Below are positions 53,225 to 64,000 of a stretch of 64,000 nucleotides of DNA, in pieces. The notes beneath the pieces are model-generated. The model did no database searches and was not told the DNA's origin. It worked only from the letters and a program-made list of their open reading frames with translations. The DNA lies in contig NC_043012.1 in NCBI RefSeq assembly GCF_006345805.1, positions 9,362,001 through 9,426,000 on the forward strand. The letters are read 5' to 3'. How positions within the stretch are numbered: the first letter of the stretch is position 1; the number at the start of each line of letters is the position of its first letter. This stretch comes from Octopus sinensis. Lineage: Eukaryota. A program made the translations under genes and the position numbers.

Positions 53225-56200
53225 TGTCAGCTCGCCGCCTTAGAAAGGAGTAATATTATCATCATTCAGGTGGCCGCAGTAGGGTAGCAAAATCAGTAGC
53301 GCTTCAGAGAAAAAGTTTTGTGGTATATAGTTTCGGGTTTTAGAAGGGGTTTCATGAGTTGCGAGAAATGCTGCAATGAAGAGAACAATCTCGGATGTAT
53401 TTACCATAAAAAGTCAGCCTGAACACTTTCTTTGGCATATGTTTGAAAGTTTTTGTTTTTTATGCTCTACGACCTTGCAGCCCCTCTTTTCAAATCTTTT
53501 TAATTCCCAGTCTTTTCGTTCTTCCTTCTTGTCTAAATTATTGATACTATCTAATTATGTTATTGTCACTTAACTGAAACTTAATGTGATTATTTAAATG
53601 ATGTTAACTTGATTGTTTTTAAGGGAAATTTAGATTTACATCTTAACATGTTTACGATATTTTGAAAGGAAGCGTATATTGTGTTACTTCAATGGAGAGA
53701 TGAAATAACATAACATAATCCCATTTACCGGTTGTTGTTTGTTTATATTTCACTTTTCTTTCCTTTTCCAAAACAGCCGATGTTTATTTATGACTCCAAT
53801 GGTATTTTTCACTACAAAGATGTGTATCCTTCTCAATGAATGAATATGAGTTTCTTTCTTTTTTTTCTGTTATTACCAAAATATACACATCCCTATCAAA
53901 CTAAAGATTTAGTGGGAAATAATGTGAGGGACAGAAACAAGCACCAAATGCTTAGGAAAAAATTAAACAAGAGAAATACAGAAATACGACAACCGGTGTG
54001 TGTAGTTCCTAAATATTTAAACGCGCAGTTTCAGATCAAAATTCTTGCAAAATAATTCAAAATTGAAAGACTTGCTCAACGAAATAAATGAAGTCTCAAA
54101 TGTATTAAAGCAGAAAAAATAAAACTGCTGCATGTTTATAGTTGCGAGTTTGACGGATTATTTAGAGATTTTTACGTTACAAAATCAATCATTACTTTAA
54201 ATATATGGGTAGTCTTAATGTTGTTGTTGGTGGTGGTGGTGGTGTTTTTGTTGTTGGTAGTGGTGGTGGGGATGGGGGTGTATTTGTTGTTGTTGTTGTT
54301 GATGGTGTTTTTGTTGTTGTTGGTGGTGGTGGTGTTTTTGTTGTTGGTAGTGGTGGTGGTGGTGGGGTGTATTTGTTGTTGTTGTTGTTGATGGTGGAGG
54401 TGGTGGTTGTGATGGTATTTTGGTTGTTGTTGTTGGTGGTGGTGGTGGTGTTGTTGTTGTTCGTGGTGGTGGTGGTGGTGGTGGTGGTGGTGTGGTGGTG
54501 GTGGTGGTGGTGGTGGTGGTGGCGGCGGCGGCGGCAGTGATGGCGGCGGTGATGGCGGCGGCGATGGTGGTGGTGTCTAGATTCGAGACAGCCCTGAATA
54601 AAATGAGATAGAATTGAAATATGTTATAGCCTGATATTCAATATCTTTTATCCTTTGATACGTTGCGTGGAAGGAGACATTAATAAGCATGCTCATTCTT
54701 TGTTTTGTTGTTTTTTTGTTTGTTTGTTTGTTATTTAAGAAGTTGTGTGACCGAATAATATTTAAGTGCTATTTTTAGCAGATCAGGCGACCACGTAATA
54801 CATACGAAGAGGGATTACTGTCTTCCATAAATAATTAATCTTACCAATTTCTTTCCATGTTTGTTCCGTCTGTTGCGAAGAAACTTGCTTATTTTGTTTT
54901 TTATTTCTAGAGAAATTGATTGACTTTTGCTTTATATATTGATTTTATTTCTTTGGTTTCATCCTCACCTTTCGTTGTAATATATGAAATGGTCTGTATT
55001 ATTGTTGTATTTAGGAATGGTCATGTTGCCAGTTTAGCCAATAAATACAACGCACTGATATTTGGTGTTAATTTGCTGGTTAATTTTGCTTTTTATTTTT
55101 TTTTACATCAATCGTATTTCGGCCAGAGTTCTTCGTCACACTTCTGTGACCTCATCAGTGGTCCTTTGCTTTCTTCTTTCTTATTTGTGTGTCTCTTAAG
55201 ATTAATGTAAAAAAATAAATAAAGCTGAAGCAAATATATAGTGCGTGTGTTTTTATCGGTTTGTATTATCATACTTACTTTAATTTCGGATTCATCTGTG
55301 TCCAAGGAAAAAGGAGACTTAAATTTAACACGGTCGAGAATTAAAGGCTTTGATTCAATCCATTTTACCTATTAATGTGTGTGTGTGCGCGTCTGAGTGT
55401 GCGCGTGTGTTTGTGTGTGTGTGTGGTCAAAGGTTTAATGTCGGTTTCAATATCTAAGAGCTATGCTAATTAGAGTTATGTTGTTGAGAACAATATCGAC
55501 AACAGGAACTTAAGTTCTGTAACGGTAACGACCTGTGTTATATGATAGTAGGGTGCAATATTCACAGAAAAGTACTATGTTCTCTAACAGCAGAGATCAA
55601 TATAGATGTTAGAGAGAAATATCCTATAGTCATTTACATTGCTATGATGTAGATGGCCGGCTTCTATCGTGTAGTACTTGTCACGCAGTACTTAGAGCAC
55701 TTACCAATGTTTAATTGTAATAGAGTTTACCTACTTTATTTGGAGTGGAGGCGCAATTGCCCAGTGGTTAGGGCAGCGGACTCGCGGTCATAGGATCGCG
55801 GTTTCGATTCCCAGACCGGGCGTTGTGAGTGTTTATTGAGCGAAAACACCTAAAGCTCCACGAGGCTCCGGCAGGGGATGGTGGTGATCCCTGCTGTACT
55901 CTTTCACCACAACTTTCTCTCACTCTGAGCAGGCTGTTCCGTTGATTCGGATCAACCGGAACCCTCGTCGTCGTAACCGTCGGAGTGCTTCCACCACCTA
56001 CTTTATTTGGAAAGATAGTTATTTAACTGGAATACGCCCAAATATTGAAGCCTTTGTGGGGGAAGTATAGAGAGATATATAGACATGAAAACCACGCAGA
56101 GAAAGAGACAATTTATTACTGTGAGCAAGGCATACGTTTATTGTACATATAAACTGGGCAGAGCACTGTGGAAATTAAATAGAAAACTTGTTGTTTGCAG

Positions 56201-59200
56201 GCAGATGTTGACTCAACAATACAGACAGAACATAATTATCTTTGAAGTACTGTGGTGACATAAAAGTAATTTCACAGTTCCTAGATTCGTAAGAAAGTGC
56301 CATTTCTTCGATATGAATAGAATATTTATCTAAAGATAATAGATATATAGGAAGAATAACAGCAAGATACCAAATGTAAATTCTCGTTCCATTCTGGGAT
56401 TAAAATATATGTTCAAATTGCATTCCTTCCGAGCTTTAATTTACTTCGCTTCGGTCGGTATAAATCAAAATATGTGTGAAACTACGGATAACAGAACACT
56501 TGATGTTTTCTGAATTAATTCTAAAGCTATGACCAAGTCGTCAATGTGTCCACTCGTTAACTGCAAAGCCATGAGATCTTATATATCTACACGGTCGCAG
56601 TGATATTAATTTGGTAAATTGAAAAGAATTGCTTCCTTACGAGTATAAATGATTTTATCACTGCTTAGTAAACCAGACTGAGTTGTTAAAAGCTAGGCCT
56701 ATTGATCATCAACGGATCGTAATCCAAACGGTAGAATATAAATGATCAAACTATTTATCAAAGAACGCTAGTGACTTATCCGGTTACAATTTACGACTAA
56801 AAGTATAAATAAAACATCAGATCGCAGTACGATTGTTGAGGCTGTAAAAGTTGCGGTAAAACGATACTGTCAGTTTTTCGGAGAGTAAACCTTTGTCCTC
56901 ATAACTAATGAGGTATTTTAAGATGGTGCATTCTAGAATATTTATATGTGTAATATTTGTATTGTCGAAGATATCGGAATAGAACACAAATGCAGCAGCA
57001 CGTGAACCTAGCTCTGGTCTTCGAACTCTTTCGTACAAGGAAGAAAACTCTGATACAGATTTTTTATTTCCTTGTAAATAATGTATAAAGTTTAGCCCTT
57101 AATTAGTGGATACGTCATCTTCATATTTTTAATACGATTCTTGCATAAACATTAAACAGCTTCTATCATACGCCACTTGACATGTGACTATTATATAAAC
57201 ATCTAGAAAATTCCTAAAAATATTGATTTCCCCCTCTTTTTTCTTTTCTCCACTCGGTCCATATGAGAATATTCAAATATTTAAGTTGCATCACCAACCA
57301 AATCATGTTGTCACGAAAGAATGAATGGAGAAAGTATGGAAGACAGGAAGAAAAGTAAATTAAAAAATAAACATTAGGTGTATCGGAGAGAAAATCATAT
57401 TTGTAAAAGAATTTTCTTGTTTTATTCTAAGGATTATTTTTCTTAAGACTAGAAAATCTGTGAGCTTTTGTTCATTCTACTTTCTCCGGTTTGTTATTTT
57501 GGCATGTTGATTTCAGTTGAAAGATCCCTCTGAAAATGAAAACTATTTTAGCTCGCTTTATCAATAAAGTAACAAAAATAATAATAATAATAATAATAAT
57601 AAATCAGTTTTAAATAACGGGCGAAGCGATTTCACCATAATGTTATAACTTGCTTTAAATATATTCAAATGAATTTAGTAGTTTTATTTTTCAATTGATT
57701 CATCGACGAAGAGCACTTGACATGAAATCGATATTGGAACCTTGTAAACATGAAGGTCTGTATGTAACTTCAACATGAATAGTGAAGGAGATGAGAAACG
57801 GGGGAATTAACATGACATGAAAGCAAATATATTCGCTGAAAAATGCCATAACCAAATATAAATAGTGAAATTATCTTAGCTTCAAATTTTCGAACAAAAA
57901 TATGAAAACTTTCTTTTCTTTTTGTTGTTAGTGTTTACTTCTCATTTAACCTCAAACAAAATACAATATTTGTTTTAGTTTGTCTCATGAAGAGATGTTG
58001 TCAAAGCTGTGACATAGGATAGAAGGGATAGGACAAGATTATCATAACGTGAGGAGTAGTACATTATTGAACCTATGGTGTCTAGTACAAGTTCTAGGGG
58101 TTATTCGTTACTATAGAAACAGCAAATGAGACAAACGAAAGACATTGATTATCGAGTGATTGTAATATTTTGGCCGGGCATTTTTTGCGAGCCACGATGT
58201 CTGTTCGGGACATCACTACACGATTCCATTTGTGATCAATACCACAAGATATCTTTGGAGTCTCGTTGACAGGAAACATATTCTAGTCTTAAACAGAAAC
58301 TTATGTTTCCCATTTGCGGTGATGGTGTAATACCATCAAATATAACGAGTGCTAGGGTGAGGAGGGAAGGTTTTATCAGCATATTGTTCAAGTTAAATAT
58401 GTTTTTGTGGTAAATTTGATTAATAAACTTTGGTGCTGTAAATACATAACACAAGGTTTTCGCCATCATAGTATATAAATGTCATGTGTGTTTGCTGATT
58501 AGTCGGTAGACTTATGCGTGAACTAACACCGATGGTAAAACTTGAAAATTTTAATATAAACATCAGGAATAATTGCTGTACTGTTATGGCATTTCTTCTT
58601 TCGTCAGCTCTCTTGAATAAATGAGTAATGGGCTTTTCACACATCTCTTTGAAATTTCGCATTCTAATTGACACAAAGTGATTAGACGTCAGTTATAAAG
58701 TATTCTCTCAAGAGATTATGTAGTCTACTTTAACAGCTTTCGTTTTTAAGTGTTGAAACAGAAATTGCCTTTCCATATCATATCTCTAAAATATGAAGAT
58801 CTCCTCTACAGTTCAACATGTTCCTATTATGATCTTTATTGTTTCCTAAAGCAAGTCCCTTTACTCTTTTATTATCAACCAAATGCAAATAACTTGACGT
58901 TTTTATCTACCAGTAAATCACAATTCCAATTGTTCATATGCCAATACTTAATATTGCGATTCCTGTGGCTGTAATCATTCCTACCAATAACATCTTCACA
59001 ACATTTCTTTAATCTTCATGATGGAGTTTGTCCACAGAAGTATTTTCCAATGTATTATAAGTATTATAGAAATCCAAACTATAAGCTATTTTGCATCACC
59101 GATTCTTCATTCCCGCAATAATTTTAGTTCGCGATTGAAACAGGCCATGCTATTAATGACAGGTGTGCCACCATATTCTGGTCTCTTTTTATCTCCGCCT

Positions 59201-61252
59201 TAGCGAAGATGGAGGTATTGTTTTCAGACGTGTTTGTTTGTTTGTCCGTGGGCAAGATATCTCAAGAACCACTGGATGGATTCGAATTTGCACAAATGAT
59301 TAGATTTTGAGATCGATCCGGTACCAAACAAGGATTATGAATTATTTTTCCATTTTTTTTTTTTACTTAATTTTTGAGAGCGGTCGGGTTCATTTTTAGC
59401 ATTCTCGTTTATGAGAGCAGTTGAGTCTATTTCAAATATTCTCATTTTAAGAATCATCTCCCGCTAATCGTTAAGAGGACGTTGGTGATGCCTTGGCGGA
59501 GGTTTGCGCTCTCTGAGTGCTCTTGTGTATGAATGTTTTGCTTGTGATTAAGACAATGAATTTATACTCATTTCTTTATAACTGGTGAGTCGCTGCACTG
59601 AGCTCAGTAGGAAATATTAACCCCATTAAGTCATTTCTTCATAATGAACAACAAAATAACTTGTGCGCCATACAGTTTTATCACTTTTAACTTTTAGAGG
59701 TGCCATAAATATGAGAGAGAGGCGACCCTAATCAAGAATTACAGGTGCTACTTAAAGATATTGCAAGAGATTGCAAGGCCTTCTGATGGAACCTAAATTC
59801 ATAACATTCTTTGGAATAATTCTATACCTTCAACAGATATCACAGGTTCACAAGCGTTTCACACCTGTGCGCTTTACTTGAGTGGCGCAACAAGCACTGA
59901 ATTAACCATTCCCTAGTGGATTTCTTCATTTTGTGAGAAATGGCAAGATCGTTCCATCCGGACATTATCTTCCACTGTTAACATTTCTGATCCGCTTGCA
60001 TCTCTTATTTCAAAACTTGATACAAAATGGAAAACACGTCTCCACTTGCATAATACTCCTCCTATTATGCTAGAGAATCGGAACAGAATATGGTCCAAGA
60101 TGCAAAGAGTTGACTCCCATTCTTGGCTCCAAATATTTGGAGTAGGCTAGATGTCTGCTATAGCACGCAGGAGGCAGAACAACTTTCTTTGATCAGTATT
60201 CTGTGTTCTTTACCTGAAATACCTGGCCCCCACAATAACCACCACAAGTAACAGGTGTGTCCAATGGTATTTACACGCAGCTGCCTCTCAACCTCTGTGC
60301 ACTCTCAGTCCTCTCCTGTTCTGAGCATTGGCATTGAACCACCTTTTGGTGCCATGAATGCCAAGTCGTATCTGTCCTTAACAGGCTGCACTAAACAATC
60401 ACCTGTTGCTTTCCGTACACTCCAGCTTACATCTCAGCTTCTTGGAATGACCACTGAATCCTTATTGTTGAAACCAGCGGAGAACTATCCTATATGTGTG
60501 TGCGTGTATGTGTGTATGTTTGTATGTGTGTGTCAGTGTGTCTGTTTGTATGAATGTATGTATGTGATTGCATACACATATATGTATTATATGTATACAT
60601 ACATGTGTGTGTGTACGTACGCGTATGTTTGTGGGGGTGACATGTGTTGTCGTTTAAAGTAAAGATCCATGTGTGCATTAGATTCGCTCTGTACAGAAGA
60701 GTATATCGACATTGTTAAACCAAATCTTTGGCATGTGTCCACTAAAAATGACCAAACTTGAGCAGATTTAAGTCTTATTCAATCCGTCTCGCAGAGAGAG
60801 TTATTTATTTCCAAACCTCAAAGTAAATATTGGCTCTGAACTAAACTGGAATGCACAATTCACATATCAGCGCAAGTGCTGGTGACATGAAAGAATTAAA
60901 AGATCGTTTCTAATCCAGGTCAGCATTTTGGAGGAGTGGAGCTTAGCCGGCTACATCGATCCAAGTCCTTAACTAAGTAAATACTACTTCATTTTATCGA
61001 TTCTAAAGAGAGCAAAGGTAACGTTGACCTCAGTAAGATTTGAATTCACAAAGTAAAAAGCAAAACCAAATATTACGACCCCGTCTAATTGGTTTGAAGT
61101 TTTTATACACTCTCGTCAAAAATCGATCATTGATTATTTCAGTTTATTTACGTTTGACTTTCTGTATCGTATATTTATGATTACTAATTTTTCTCTCTCC
61201 CATCTCTGTCGCTCTTTGTCTATCTGTCTCTCTCTCTCTCTCTCTCTCTCTG

Positions 61253-61333
<81 letters not shown>

Positions 61334-64000
61334 GTCTATTATCTCTCTATCTATTTATTTCCCTCCATCTATCTGTTCAGGAGAATCTGGCCTCTGATAC
61401 GTGTTTAAAATAATTTCTCGTTTAACTCTCATCCCTATCTTTTCACAGTGACAAAGATTGTGTTTTATCCTTACTCAAACATTCAATCATCCTTAATTGC
61501 TATCAAATGAAGCTACATATACGACTGTTTAAACGTCTATATATGCAGATGGATTGCTAATTTAATATGAAATTTCAGAATTTTTCATAAAAATCAGAAA
61601 TTGACTGATTGGATTTTAAAATAGTAATATAAATTTCAATAACCATCGGCATATTTTCTAATTGGCTTGGTTTATTAAAATTTATCGTTCTCTTTTTTTT
61701 CTTTTATATGAGGAGAATAAAAAAACAATTATACTGGCGTGAATAAAATTTTTCCCATGTACATTTTTATTAATATTATGGATTTTAAAACCAACAGTTT
61801 ATTATTCTGTCTCATGTTCTGCGCAAAAAAAATAAAGAAATTAAATATTATATTTAAAATGTTGTAGAATAGATTATTGTCAGAAAAATATGGAAAGGAA
61901 GCATTCATATTTTTTGCGTCTCTAAGAGAATGGTTGCTTTTTAAACAAAACATGGCAGAATAAAATTTTGCCAACCTCATGGCCACACATTATATAGGAA
62001 GTAAAATATAATTTAGAACACAAGCAATTTGGAAAATATTTCTATAATAAATATCTCTGCTATTTTTCTAGATATTCTTATTGTAATATATTTATATATT
62101 TTATTTAGATCATAGTTATCCCTGTGAAAATATTTAATAACTCTTCTTTTTCAGAAAAGCTGAAGAATTCAGGTCTTTCTTCGAAATTCTATATATTTTC
62201 AAACACAACTCACCGTTGATGAGAGTTTGGCAAAAATTGATGAAGATTTCATAAGTTTTTTTAACTTATATAATTTATGTTCCATTTAAGGAGGCTAGCT
62301 GTCAGAATTGCTAGTACGTCAAGCAAAATACTCAGCGGTATTTCATCTACCGCCACGTTCTGAGTTCAAATTCCGTCGCGGTTAACTTTGTATTTCATCC
62401 TTTCGGGAGCGATTAAATAAGTACCAGTTACGCATTGTGGTCGATGTAATCCACTTAATCCCTTTCCCCAAATTTGAGGTTTTGTACTTCCAGTAGAAAG
62501 GATAATTTATATGTTTCATGTCCAGGTTGATCCGAATATACTCTTAATGACTAACGCATGATTTAGAAGAGTGCATTTTCCTATTAGTTCGTTTCCATTC
62601 TCTCCATGTGATAATTTGTACCTAAAGCTATCCATGCCCATCCCTAGTGATCGTCAGAGGTGACAGATGGAAAATGGTTTCCACCAAAGATTTATTGGCA
62701 AATATTAGAGAGTCTACAGTCTCGCCCATAATTCTGTATTCTTTCCGCAATGAATATGAAGTTTGACGGTTAGGGGATCATCCGTCTTTTACCTTTGAGA
62801 TTTCGAATATGGATAGAGCTCAGTTTATTAGCTGACCACTTATTTCTTCTCTTTCATAAGCTGTTGTAACCCACCCACAGGCTGATCACCAAGCCTGACC
62901 TCTGATCTCTGACCTTTCGCCTGTGATACGTGGTTGTAATCCATCCACCAGCTAATCACCGATCATAACCACTCGCTTTCACTATATTGTCGATGGTCAT
63001 CCAAATGTTAACCAGTAATAGTTTTCTTTGATCTCTCATAAACAAGTGTATATCATCGAATAGTTGACCCCAAATTTTTACCGTTGACCTTTAATAAATT
63101 GTTATAGTCCATCCAACTGTTGAACACCTATTCTACGCACTGACCTCTCATATTGATAATCAACCATATAACAATTAATCTTCATCAATGATCATTCCTA
63201 TACCATTGTAGCTCATCTATTGACCACCACATTTCAATGTTGACGGTAGTAACTAACTCATGAAACAAATGATGCGGTGGCTTAAGCTTTCTTACCGGAC
63301 AGGAATTCTTGATAGATAATACTGTCTACCATTACACCAGAGGAGAGCACTGAGAATGCAACATGCTTACTGACATGACACTATAGCTAAGCTGGGATTG
63401 AACCCATATTTTGGTTTACCTTCGAATATCTAACGGAGTGGTGAAACATTTCGATTATCAGCTCAAGCAGAAGCCAGATTATGTTGCTTGTCCTTTCCTG
63501 TTTTACCACGTGTACTAACGTAAAGAGTGGATTTGGATGTAAACCAATTAAACTTCTTTATGGTATTGCCGTTATATTGCTAGCTGGCAGAATCACCAGT
63601 ACGCGGGACAAAATGTTTAGTATTTCGTCCGTCTTTACGTTCTGAGTTCAAATTCCACCGAGGTTAACATTGTCTTTCATCCTTCCGAGGTCGATAACAT
63701 ACTTACTAGTTGAGCCCTGGGATCAATGTAATCGACTTATCCGATCCCTCGAAATTTCTGACCTAGTGCCAACATTTCAAACCGTTATGTTACTGGACTG
63801 GATGATCGAATCTGTACACTATTCTTTAATAACAGGTCTATCTAATTATGCTCATCGATTACATGACAACATGTTCGTTTCGGTTCATTACCAAGTGTTG
63901 TTTGTTCGCTAGACATCTCACCAATTGGTTACGTGATCGTTCTTCACGATTCAGCCAAAAGCTATTCTTAAAAAAACTCCAGAGGAAGCTTTATGATGTA
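53225..64000 (-). repeat. Right arm of giant palindrome (open at the window end)
   Basis: Reverse complement of 35047-45641. The last bases ...ttatgatgta mirror tacatcataa at 35047. Confidence 0.99.

Overview
AT-rich, microsatellite- and transposon-saturated eukaryotic non-coding DNA. The SINE families and composition point to a coleoid cephalopod, probably Octopus (inference). There is no intact protein-coding gene; most listed ORFs are translations of microsatellites. Recognisable relics: Tc1/mariner transposases, a Helitron RepHel N-terminus, Helentron-like non-autonomous elements, an L1/Tx1-like ORF1 and three or four SINE-like families. The main discovery is a ~476-bp tandem array (48606-53219). 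Every complete unit carries a type I hammerhead ribozyme (CUGAUGA / stem II AUAC-GUAA-GUAU / GAAA / AUA cleavage site / stem I): 8 copies on + and 1 on -. The monomer is extensively self-complementary, shows a 3-unit higher-order pattern and has a 5' inversion resembling twin priming. This fits a retrozyme (self-cleaving, circRNA-forming, non-autonomous retroelement) locus. The array lies in the 7.6-kb spacer of a giant palindrome (arms of at least 10.6 kb, 35047-45641 and 53225-64000, running off the window) whose arms are nearly identical distally and diverge toward the spacer. Three other, unrelated hammerhead motifs of the Penelope-like minimal type occur at 1.36 kb, 4.05-4.17 kb (degenerate pair) and 31.5/32.1 kb (inverted pair). 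Caveats: everything was read by eye, single-base indels between array units may be long-read errors, and part of the palindrome could be an assembly artefact.
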